Shown here piece after piece: positions 49,297 to 57,806 of a stretch of 64,000 nt of DNA. The notes beneath the pieces are model-generated. The model searched no databases. It was given only the letters and a program-made list of their open reading frames with translations, and was not told the DNA's origin. The position numbers and the translations under genes are program-made. Numbering within the stretch: position 1 is the stretch's first letter; each line of letters opens with the position of its first letter. The DNA comes from an uncultured Holophagales bacterium. GTDB taxonomy: Bacteria > Acidobacteriota > Thermoanaerobaculia > Multivoradales > UBA5704. The DNA lies in the NCBI GenBank assembly GCA_963842525.1, contig CAWJGT010000024.1, positions 32,001 to 96,000 of the forward strand, in the 5' to 3' direction.

Positions 49297-50502
49297 ATGC
49301 CCCGTGCGATCCGCTTCTCACCGCCTGCCCTCCAGGTACCGCCTGAGGTGCGGTGGATGCTGCTGCGTGCCTTCGGGCCAGTGGGAGAGCCTGGCCCCGC
49401 GGTCGATCCCCAGGCGGCACTGGCGGCGGCGCGCCGGTTCGAGATGTCGCCGCGGATCGCCGCCCGTCAGGGGAGGGAGCGCCTTGCCGCGGAGCTGGGG
49501 GCCGAGGGCGCGTTCGGCTTCCACCGCGACCAGGCTGGCGCAACCGCCCAGGGCCTGCGCCTCCAGGGCCTCGTCCAGGACGTCGCGACGGTGGCGGCCG
49601 AGCTTTCCATGCCGCTGGTGCTCCTCAAGTTCGCCGCCCTGGAGGCCTCCGGCCCCGGAGCCCTCGGCCGGCGGGCGGCCGGGGACGTCGACCTCCTGGT
49701 CCCGGCCGGTCGCGCCGGCGAGCTGCGGCGCACCCTGCTCGACCGCGGCTGGCAGGGCTCCGGCCTGCCCGACGCCGAGCACCAGCTCGCCGCTCTTTCC
49801 CATCCGCTGGGCGGGGTCGTCGAGATTCACCGGCTGGTCCTGGGGGTCCGCCTGGACGGGATCGCCTCGGCCACGGCGGAGGCGCTGGAGGGCCGCGGCC
49901 TGCTGGCGCCGGTGCCCGGGATGGCCGGCCGCTGCTTCGTCCCGTCCAGGGAGGTGCAGGCGGCGCACACGCTGGTGCATGGCCTCGGGCAGCACGGCTG
50001 GTGGCCCGATTCCTACCCCCTGCTCAAGATGGTGGCCGACCTGATCGACCTCGGGCTCCATGAGGACGAGAACCTCGCCCGGCGCGCGGGCGGACTGGTG
50101 GCGCGGGACGTCGCCGCATCCGAGGCCGAGGCCGTTCGCCGGTTGTGCGCCGCGCTCGCCCTGGGGTCCGACCTCACCACGGGCGAGACCGGCGAGGCGG
50201 TGGTCCTGCGGCACATCCTGGCGGGCCGGCTCGACGAGCGCTATGCCGCCTCGCTCCGCATGGGCCTCTTCCGGACACAGCCGAGCGACCGCCCCGAGCC
50301 GGTGCGGCTGGCCCGGTCGCTGCTCGCCGCCGTCTTCCTCACCCGCGCCCAAATCGATGCGATCTACGGCCCTCCCCGCCGTCCGATCGGCTATCTGGCC
50401 CGCCGCGTCGCCCGCCCGTTCAACCTCCTGGTCCGCCTGGTCCGCTACGGCGCGCGTTCCGCATGGCTGAAAATCTGTGGTATCCTCTTTTCAGTATTCT
50501 AA
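49297..50502 (+). CDS. Nucleotidyltransferase family protein (NTP_transf_5-like)
   Basis: LVLLKFAAL, RAAGDVDLLVP, VVEIH, HTLVHGLGQH, ADLIDL. Confidence 0.72.
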   Translation: MPRAIRFSPPALQVPPEVRWMLLRAFGPVGEPGPAVDPQAALAAARRFEMSPRIAARQGRERLAAELGAEGAFGFHRDQAGATAQGLRLQGLVQDVATVAAELSMPLVLLKFAALEASGPGALGRRAAGDVDLLVPAGRAGELRRTLLDRGWQGSGLPDAEHQLAALSHPLGGVVEIHRLVLGVRLDGIASATAEALEGRGLLAPVPGMAGRCFVPSREVQAAHTLVHGLGQHGWWPDSYPLLKMVADLIDLGLHEDENLARRAGGLVARDVAASEAEAVRRLCAALALGSDLTTGETGEAVVLRHILAGRLDERYAASLRMGLFRTQPSDRPEPVRLARSLLAAVFLTRAQIDAIYGPPRRPIGYLARRVARPFNLLVRLVRYGARSAWLKICGILFSVF

Positions 50503-50546
50503 CGCTCTTGGAAGTTTCTAGAGGTATCTACGCCGGGGGGCTCGAG

Positions 50547-50783
50547 GTGAGGGGAAGAGCTCCGGAGTACCCGCCGAGTCAGGGTTCGTCCAGGCTGCTC
50601 CGCCCGTGCACGGTCTGTGGCAGGCCGCCCGCCGCCAGCGTCCAGGTTGGCGCCGGCCGCGCCGGCCTGATGCTCGGCTGGATCGAATGCCGAGGGTGCG
50701 GCCGCAAAACTGCAGACAATCAAAGCTTCGAAGAGGCGTGCCGGGAGTGGAACGCCATCCAGGCGGCGGCAGCGCCGTCGTAG
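50547..50783 (+). CDS. Lar/RalR-like restriction-alleviation zinc-ribbon protein
   Basis: LRPCTVCG...WIECRGCG...EEACREWN matches the Lar family pattern (PCPFCG...C..CG...A...WN); start uncertain (GTG 50547). Confidence 0.55.
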   Translation: MRGRAPEYPPSQGSSRLLRPCTVCGRPPAASVQVGAGRAGLMLGWIECRGCGRKTADNQSFEEACREWNAIQAAAAPS

Positions 50784-50795
50784 CGGGCGGCTCGA

Positions 50796-51134
50796 TCAGG
50801 TTGATCCCGGCTCCGAAGGCCCGCCGGGCTCGGGGGCCGCGGACATGTGCTCCAGCGCCTTCTGGATGCGCGCCGGATCCCCTTCCTCCAGCGGGTTGGG
50901 AAAGACAGCCTGGAAGAAGTTGGCCGGCGGGATGCCGACGGCCTCCAGGATGTCGAGGAGCTGCCGGAGCTTGAGCTCCCGCGAGCCGTGGAAAAGGCGG
51001 CTCAGATAGCCGCTGTGGTTGCTGAAGCCCATCCGCCGCTCGACCTCGCGGTTCGAGAGGCTGGCGAATCGGATCGAGGCCTGCAGCATCTTCCGGATTC
51101 GGGCGACTTCGCCCGCAGTTTTAACATCTCTCAT
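50796..51134 (-). CDS. Xre/Cro-like helix-turn-helix DNA-binding protein
   Basis: [48 protein letters not shown]; ATG 51134; divergent from kaiC. Confidence 0.7.
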   Translation of the reverse strand: MRDVKTAGEVARIRKMLQASIRFASLSNREVERRMGFSNHSGYLSRLFHGSRELKLRQLLDILEAVGIPPANFFQAVFPNPLEEGDPARIQKALEHMSAAPEPGGPSEPGST

Positions 51135-51268
51135 TGTCTGAGGAGAGTACAACAGGTTGCGGGCTTCGGGGAAATCCCCCGTCGGGGCGGCCCGGCGGAT
51201 GTGCTGGTCGTCCCAGCCCGGCCGTGGCATACTCAGATCGTCGGGGGAGGGCCTTGAGCACGAACACC

Positions 51269-53006
51269 ATGGAGAATCGAACAGCGCCGCTTCACACGCC
51301 CGTGCAGGCTCCCACCGGGATCGCCAAGGCCGCGACCGGGATCGCCGGCCTGGACGAGATCACGGCGGGCGGGCTCCCGGCCGGGCGCCCCACCCTGGTC
51401 TGCGGTAGCGCCGGGTGCGGCAAGACCCTGATGGCCATGGAGTTCCTCGTCCGCGGCGCGACGCAATTCGGTGAGCCGGGCGTCCTCGTCAGCTTCGAGG
51501 AGAGCCCCGAGGAGCTGGCCGCCAACGTGCGCTCCCTCGGTTTCGACGTCGCAGAGCTGGAGCGCCAGGGCAAGCTCGTGATCGAGTACGTGCACGTCGA
51601 GCGCAGCGAGATCGAGGAGACGGGCGAGTACGACCTCGAGGGGCTGTTCATCCGCCTCGGCTACGCCATCGACTCGGTCGGCGCCAAGCGGGTCGTGCTC
51701 GATACCCTGGAGGTCCTTTTCGGGGGACTGCCCAACGAGGGCATCCTGCGGTCCGAGCTGCGCCGGCTGTTCCGCTGGCTCAAGGACAGGGGGGTGACCG
51801 CCGTGATCACCGCCGAGCGCGGCGAAGGGGCGCTGACCCGCCACGGCCTCGAGGAGTATGTCTCCGACTGCGTCATCCTGCTCGACCACCGGGTGACCGA
51901 GCAGCTCGCCACCCGCCGGCTGCGCGTGGTGAAGTACCGCGGCAGCATCCACGGCACCAATGAATACCCGTTCCTGATCGACGAGCGCGGCATCGAGGTG
52001 CTGCCCATCACCTCCCTCGGCCTGACGCACGGGGCGCCCGCCGAGCGGATCCCGACGGGCGTTTCGGGCCTCGACGAGATGCTGGGCGGACAGGGCTTCT
52101 TCCGCGGCAGCAGCGTCCTGGTCTCGGGCCGGGCGGGGACCGGCAAGACCAGCCTGGCCGCCCATTTCGTCGACGCCGCCTGCAGGCGCGGCGAGCGTTG
52201 CATCTATTTCGCCTTCGAGGAGTCGGCGCGCCAGGTCGTCCGCAACATGCGGTCCGTCGGCATCGACCTCCAGCCCTGGCTGGACCAGGGGCTGCTCCGG
52301 TTCCACGCCGCCCGCCCGACGCTGCACGGCCTGGAGCGGCACCTGGTGACGATCTACAAGGAGGTCCGGGACTTCCAGCCGAGGGCGGTGGTGCTCGACC
52401 CGATCACCAACTTCCTCTCCGTGGGCACGTCGGAGGACGTCAAGGCCATGCTGATGCGCCTGGTGGACCTCCTCAAGGCGCACGAGATCACGGGCGTGTT
52501 CAACAGCCTCACCCACGGACTGGACCTGGAGACGACGGACGTCGGTATCTCGTCGATCATGGACGCCTGGCTGCTGGTGCGCGAGGTGGAGACCAACGGA
52601 GAGCGCAACCGGCTGATCAGCGTCATCAAATCGCGCGGCATGGCCCACTCCAACCAGGTGCGCGAGCTGGTGCTCACCAGCGAAGGCGTCCGGTTGGTCG
52701 AGGTCTACCTGGGAGAGGGCGGCGCCCTCACCGGGGCGGCCCGCCTGGCACAGGAAGCGCAGGAGAGGGCGGCCGTCGTGGAGCGTCGCCGGCAGATCGA
52801 GCTGCGGCAGCGGGACCTGGAGCGCAAACGCCAGGCGCTGGAGGCCCGGATCACCGCCCTGCGCCTGGAGTTCGAACGCCGAGCAGGACGAGGCGGAGCG
52901 TATCCTCTCCGAAGAGAGGACGCGGGAGGAACAGCTCCTGGAGGACCGGAGGGACATGGCCAGGATGCGGCGAACCGAAGCTCCCTCCCCGGAGAGGAGG
53001 ACCTGA
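51269..53006 (+). CDS. kaiC: Circadian clock-type ATPase/kinase KaiC (double domain, C-terminal coiled coil); a +1 insertion at ~52877 makes it read into kaiB
   Basis: GSAGCGKT and GRAGTGKT Walker A motifs, two FEES motifs, [30 protein letters not shown]; deleting C52877 gives [11 protein letters not shown]...RRT-stop at 53004-53006. Confidence 0.93.
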
Positions 53007-53344
53007 TGATGACGCACGAGAGCGAGAAGAAGGACGTTCAGCCGCCACCCAATCCCGGAACCGAGGGTGAGTTCTGGGACCTGCGCCTCTACGTCGCCGG
53101 CCAGACGCCGAAGTCGGTCGCCGCGCTGGCGAACCTGAGACAATTCTGCGACCAGCACCTGGCCGGCCAGTACCGGATCGAGGTGATCGATCTGGTCGCC
53201 AACCCGCACCTCGCGCGCAGCGACCAGATCCTGGCGATCCCGACCCTGGTGCGCCGCCTGCCGCAGCCGATCCGCAAGATCATCGGCGACCTCTCCAACT
53301 CCGAGCGCGTCCTGGTGGGACTCGACATCCGGCCGCGGGGCTGA
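53006..53344 (+). CDS. kaiB: KaiB protein
   Basis: [41 protein letters not shown]; GGAGG SD; ATG overlaps the corrected kaiC stop. Confidence 0.93.
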   Translation: MMTHESEKKDVQPPPNPGTEGEFWDLRLYVAGQTPKSVAALANLRQFCDQHLAGQYRIEVIDLVANPHLARSDQILAIPTLVRRLPQPIRKIIGDLSNSERVLVGLDIRPRG

Positions 53345-53347
53345 GCC

Positions 53348-53683
53348 GTGATGACCGGCGAGCCCCGAGACGTTGCGGCGGGTGAGCGGGTCCCTCCTGC
53401 TGACGGCGAGAGCTTCGCGCTCTGTCTCTACGTGACCGGAGCGACGTCGGGCTCGAGCCGCGCCGTCGCCTGCCTCAAGGGGTTCTGCGAGGAGTACCTG
53501 CAGGGCCACTACGCTCTGGAAGTGATCGACATCTACCAGCAGCCCGACCTTGCCGAAGGGGATCGGATCTTCGCCACGCCGACGTTGATCAAGAAGTTTC
53601 CTTTCCCCCCGCGGCGCCTGGTGGGCGATCTTTCGGACCCGCAGCGGCTGCTGACCGGACTCGGCATGCAGCGCCGGACCTGA
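53348..53683 (+). CDS. kaiB: Second KaiB-like protein
   Basis: LCLYVTGATSGS, LEVIDIYQQP, FATPTLIKKFPFPPRRLVGDLS. Confidence 0.88.
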   Translation: MMTGEPRDVAAGERVPPADGESFALCLYVTGATSGSSRAVACLKGFCEEYLQGHYALEVIDIYQQPDLAEGDRIFATPTLIKKFPFPPRRLVGDLSDPQRLLTGLGMQRRT

Positions 53684-53695
53684 GAGGGACCTGGA

Positions 53696-55813
53696 ATGGC
53701 CGAGACGTCGTACGACCCCAACCTGGAGCTCGAAGACCTCCGCTCCCGCCTCCAGGAGGCCGAGGAGACCTTGCGCGCGATCCGCCATGGCGAGGTGGAC
53801 GCCCTCGTCGTCACGGAGCAGGGGAGCGGCGGCGAGAAGGTCTACACCCTCAAGAGCGCCGACCGGCCGTACCGGCTGATGATCGAAGGGATGCGGCAGG
53901 GCGCGGTCACCCTGACCCGGACGGGGGTCGTCCTGTACTGCAACGCCTGCTTCGCCGGCTTGGTCAAGGCCCCGCTGAGCAGCCTCGCCGGCTCGTCCCT
54001 GCTGCCGGTTCTCGACCTGGCGAGCCAGGCCCTCTTCCAGGCGCTCCTCGCGGAAGGGGAGGGGCAGGCCGAGGTCGAGCTGCGCGCTTCCGACGGTGTC
54101 CGCGTGCCGTCCTACCTCTCCCTGACCACCCTGCCGCTGATCGACGACGAGGAACCCGTTCTCTGCCTCGTGGTGACGGACCTGACGGAGCAGAAGCGCA
54201 ACGAGCAGATCGTCGCCGACGAGAGGCTCACCCGCTCGATCCTGGAAGAGGTCGCCGAGGCCATGGTCGTCTGCGACCGGCAGGGCAGGATCCTGCGGAC
54301 CAGCCGCGAGATCCACCGCCTGAGCGAGAGGCACGTCCTGTACGAGCCCTTCGTCGAGGCCTTCCCGCTGGAGCTTCCGCGACCCCGTGTACCCGGACGT
54401 CGAGTCCTTCCTCTCCCAGCCGCTGGCCGGCCGCCGCGTGCGCGGGCTGGAGGCGAGCCTCTCCGGCCCGGAGCGGCGGCTCGACCTGATCGTCTCGGCG
54501 AGCCCCTTCTGGGGCCCGGAGCAGCGCATCGAGGGCTGCGTCGTCACCTTTATCGACATCACCGAGCGGCGGCAGGCCGAGCGGGAGCTGGAGCGCGCCT
54601 GGGCTGCGGCCGAGGCCATGAACGAGGCGAAGGACCGTTTCCTGGCGACCCTCAGCCACGAGCTGCGCACGCCGCTGACTCCGGTCCTGGCCACCGTCTC
54701 CAGCCTGGAGGCCAGCAGCGACGAGCTCCGCCCCGCCTGCTCGACGACCTGTCGATGATCCGGCGCAATATCGAGCTGGAAGCGCGCCTGATCGACGACC
54801 TCCTGGACCTGACGCGGATCAGCCGGGGCAAGCTCGAGCTGCAGCGCCAGGCGACCGACCTGCGGCAGGTCCTCGAGCACACGATCCGGACCTGCTGCGG
54901 CGAGCACGCCGCCTCCGGCCGGCTCTCCCTGGAGGTCGATCTCGCCAGCTCTGCGGGGACCCTGTGGGCCGATCCTTCCCGCCTGACCCAGGTGTTCTGG
55001 AACCTCCTCAACAACGCGGTCAAGTTCACGCCCGAAGGCGGGCGCATCCAGGTGCGCTCCTGGCGCGACGAGCTGGCGCCGGTGCCCCCGGCGCCCCCGG
55101 AGATCATCGTCGAGGTCTCCGACACGGGTCAGGGGATCGAGGAGGAGCTGCTGCCGCGCATCTTCAACGCCTTCGAGCAGGGGGAGCCAAACTCGGCACG
55201 GCAGGCGGGCCTCGGCCTCGGGCTCGCCATCAGCCGGGCCATCGTCGAGCTGCACGGCGGCGAGATCTCGGCCCGGAGCGGCGGCAGTGGACAAGGCGCC
55301 ACGTTCACCGTCCGTCTGCCGGTCGGCCGCGTGCCGGCGGTGTCCATGCCGGCGACAGAGGTGCCAGGGCTGGAAGCGCTGCCCGCTTCCTCGTCCCAGC
55401 CGTTGCGCCCCTTGCACATCCTGCTCGTCGAGGATCACCAGGACACGGCCCACGCCCTGGGCGAGCTGCTGCGGATCTGCGGGCACCGTGTCTCGATCGC
55501 CGGCAGCGTGACGGAGGCGCTGGCGGAGGTCCGTGGCCCCGCGGCGCAGGACGGAGCGCGCGGCATCGACCTCGTCATCAGCGATCTCGGGCTGCCGGAC
55601 GGCAGCGGGCTGGAGCTGATGCGCGAGCTGTCCAACCGCCACGGCCTGCGCGGGATCGCCCTGAGCGGCTACGGCATGGAGGAGGACGTCCGGAAGAGCC
55701 GCGACGCCGGCTTCCTGATGCACATCACCAAGCCGGTCAACCTCCAGGTGCTGGAGGAGGCGATCCTCCGCACCACGGCCACGTCCGAGGTGACCGCTCC
55801 GTCGCGGTCCTGA
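53696..55813 (+). CDS. PAS-domain hybrid sensor histidine kinase/response regulator; two compensating indels (~54378, ~54733)
   Basis: AEETLRAIRHGEVDALVV N-terminus, PAS segments; H-box FLATLSHELRTPL lies in the 54387..54758 frame; NAVKFT, DTGQG, GLGLGL, REC ILLVED...ISDLGLPD...TKP. Confidence 0.9.
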   Translation: MAETSYDPNLELEDLRSRLQEAEETLRAIRHGEVDALVVTEQGSGGEKVYTLKSADRPYRLMIEGMRQGAVTLTRTGVVLYCNACFAGLVKAPLSSLAGSSLLPVLDLASQALFQALLAEGEGQAEVELRASDGVRVPSYLSLTTLPLIDDEEPVLCLVVTDLTEQKRNEQIVADERLTRSILEEVAEAMVVCDRQGRILRTSREIHRLSERHVLYEPFVEAFPLELPRPRVPGRRVLPLPAAGRPPRARAGGEPLRPGAAARPDRLGEPLLGPGAAHRGLRRHLYRHHRAAAGRAGAGARLGCGRGHERGEGPFPGDPQPRAAHAADSGPGHRLQPGGQQRRAPPRLLDDLSMIRRNIELEARLIDDLLDLTRISRGKLELQRQATDLRQVLEHTIRTCCGEHAASGRLSLEVDLASSAGTLWADPSRLTQVFWNLLNNAVKFTPEGGRIQVRSWRDELAPVPPAPPEIIVEVSDTGQGIEEELLPRIFNAFEQGEPNSARQAGLGLGLAISRAIVELHGGEISARSGGSGQGATFTVRLPVGRVPAVSMPATEVPGLEALPASSSQPLRPLHILLVEDHQDTAHALGELLRICGHRVSIAGSVTEALAEVRGPAAQDGARGIDLVISDLGLPDGSGLELMRELSNRHGLRGIALSGYGMEEDVRKSRDAGFLMHITKPVNLQVLEEAILRTTATSEVTAPSRS

Positions 55814-55816
55814 GCC

Positions 55817-55852
55817 CCCTCGATTCCCTCGATTCCCTCGATTCCCTCGATT
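55817..55852. repeat. 9-bp tandem repeat (CCCTCGATT)x4 between convergent genes
   Basis: Four perfect units fill almost the whole gap between the kinase stop and the thioredoxin stop. Confidence 0.9.
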
Positions 55853-56717
55853 ACCGGCCCGCCTTGCCCGCGCCCCCGCTCAGGACTTTGTTCAGCGACG
55901 CCTCCGGCTTCGTCCAGTCGTTGCTGTCGACGATGCGGCCGATCTCCTTCCCATTGACGTAGACGACCGCGGTCGGCACCCCTTTGACGTTGAGGCGCTG
56001 CACCTCGGGATCCTGCCAGGCCGCGGGCGGCTTCGGCAGGCCAAAGTACTCGAACTGGACCTTGGAGCCCTTGAGCTCGTCCTCGACGCGGAGGAGGTGC
56101 GGCAGGTTCTCCTTGCAGTGGGGGCACCACGAGCCGAAGAAGACCCGCACCCGCACCGGCTGCGCCTGCTTGCGCAACGCCGCGAGCATCTGCGGATTGG
56201 GCTTGTAGACGCTCGCGCCCCGCACGTACTCGGGGCTGTGCGCCTTGAGCTCGGCGGCCTTCTTGAGACCCACCAGCGGCGGCCTGGGGACCAGGCTCGC
56301 CGGCTTGCCCTGGGAGGTGAACGTCACCCTCTCGCCCGTCACCTGGAACTTCCCCTGGGGTGTCAGCGCGGCATCGGCCAGCAGGTCGACCGTGCCGTCC
56401 GGCTTCTTGGCGACTTTCAGGAGGCTGACCGTCTGGACCTTCATCCCGTCCCGCGGTGTCAGCAGGACGGGGGAGGGCAGGGCGGAGCCGATGATCAGGT
56501 AGGCCGGGATGCTGTCGCTGCGGTAGATCTGGGCACCCTGGTCCGCCTGGCCGTTGACCAGGAGCGTGTAATCGCCGGTCGGCGCAAAGCCGCGCAGCAC
56601 GCTGTCGGAGGGGGTCCCCTGCGCGCGGGCAGGGACACCCGGCAGGGCCGCAAGGAGGGCCGGAAGGGCGAGGGCGAGCAGGGCCGCTGCGCGGAGGAAA
56701 GCTCGGTTGTGCGTCAT
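55851..56717 (-). CDS. Secreted thioredoxin-fold protein
   Basis: Signal peptide, FFGSWCPHC, GVPT cis-Pro loop, GKEIGRI. Confidence 0.82.
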   Translation of the reverse strand: MTHNRAFLRAAALLALALPALLAALPGVPARAQGTPSDSVLRGFAPTGDYTLLVNGQADQGAQIYRSDSIPAYLIIGSALPSPVLLTPRDGMKVQTVSLLKVAKKPDGTVDLLADAALTPQGKFQVTGERVTFTSQGKPASLVPRPPLVGLKKAAELKAHSPEYVRGASVYKPNPQMLAALRKQAQPVRVRVFFGSWCPHCKENLPHLLRVEDELKGSKVQFEYFGLPKPPAAWQDPEVQRLNVKGVPTAVVYVNGKEIGRIVDSNDWTKPEASLNKVLSGGAGKAGR

Positions 56718-57709
56718 GTCGTTGACCTTTCGAAAAGGGAAGCAGCCGCGATCTGAGAGAGAGGCGGCAGGCCGGCATAGGTCTCGGTCACCCGGCCGTC
56801 CTTCACCCGGAAGGCGCGCGGCAGGCGCCGGTAGAGCGGCCGTAGCAGCGCCGCGGGCGTCTCGACCACCGCGAACGCGGGGCCCCGGGTCCAGCGGAAG
56901 GTGAAAAGCTTCTCCGGCGCTGAGGAGCTCAGCATCCAGACCCGCGGACCGCCGGGTTGGCTGGCGTAGGCGTTGAGCGAGTCCATCGCCGTGCCCAGGG
57001 CGGGATCGTCCACGTCCGCGATGATCACCAGGTGCTCGCCCCGCAGCAGGCCGGCGGCGACAGTGCTCAGGCAGACCGGCGGATCGTCGCCGGCGCAGAT
57101 CTCATCGATGCGGACCCCGGGGCGCAGCCGCGTCGCCAGATCGTCCACGGGCAGCTCCGGCGCTTTCCAGGCGAACAGCGCCACGGCGACGGCGGCGAGG
57201 CTGACGGCCGCGGTCCGCACGGGAGGGAAGCGCGTTCCCTGCCGGTCGCGGCCCAGGAAGGCCAGGGCCAGGGGAGGCGCCAGGAGCAGGAGATCCTGCC
57301 AGAAGGCCTCCGCCGGCGTGCGTTGCACCAGGTTGCCGAAACAGCCGCAGCCGGCCTCCTCGCTGCGCAGGCCGTGCGCGGTGAGGTACCAGGCGCGGCC
57401 GGTGAGGAGCAGGAAGAAGGCCACCAGGAGGGCCGTGGGGACGAGCACCCAGAGCCGGCGCACGCCCAGCAGGAGCGCGAGCCCCAGCCCGGCTTCCAGC
57501 GCCAGGGCGATCAGCACCACGGCCTCGGCGGAGAGCAGGACGTCCAGCTTCTCCAGGCGGATCTGCTCCACGAACGAGGCCGGGTCGAGAGCCTTGCCCC
57601 AGACGGCGATCAGGAAGACCATGCCCAGCAGCACGCCGGCGATCGTCCCCACCCAGAAGAAGCGGGGGTGGCGGTCCGAAGCGATGGGGGCGGTGCTGAC
57701 CGATTCCAT
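56714..57709 (-). CDS. MauE/DoxX-family redox-associated membrane protein
   Basis: TM segments with EAGLGLALLLG and AGCGCFG; coupled to the thioredoxin gene (ATGA). Confidence 0.75.
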   Translation of the reverse strand: MESVSTAPIASDRHPRFFWVGTIAGVLLGMVFLIAVWGKALDPASFVEQIRLEKLDVLLSAEAVVLIALALEAGLGLALLLGVRRLWVLVPTALLVAFFLLLTGRAWYLTAHGLRSEEAGCGCFGNLVQRTPAEAFWQDLLLLAPPLALAFLGRDRQGTRFPPVRTAAVSLAAVAVALFAWKAPELPVDDLATRLRPGVRIDEICAGDDPPVCLSTVAAGLLRGEHLVIIADVDDPALGTAMDSLNAYASQPGGPRVWMLSSSAPEKLFTFRWTRGPAFAVVETPAALLRPLYRRLPRAFRVKDGRVTETYAGLPPLSQIAAASLFERSTT

Positions 57710-57806
57710 GGCATTCTCATCGTAAGCGGTGGCTCGCACCGCTGCAACTCGGTGTCCCCAGCCAGAACACGGCGGGGTTCCTTCCTGATTCCCCCTCCTG
57801 CCAACC

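Noticed and set aside
28836-50502. AsnB plus nucleotidyltransferase as a lasso-peptide cluster
   Set aside because: AsnB has an intact Ntn glutaminase (MCGI) inside a glycan operon, the two genes are ~19 kb apart, and no B1/B2 or precursor gene is visible
51233-55723. 1496-aa antisense ORF over the kai cluster, and many similar shadow ORFs elsewhere
   Set aside because: Stop-poor antisense frames are expected in high-GC coding DNA and show no recognisable motifs
55817-55852. Short repeat array as a possible CRISPR
   Set aside because: 9-bp tandem units without spacers, and no cas genes
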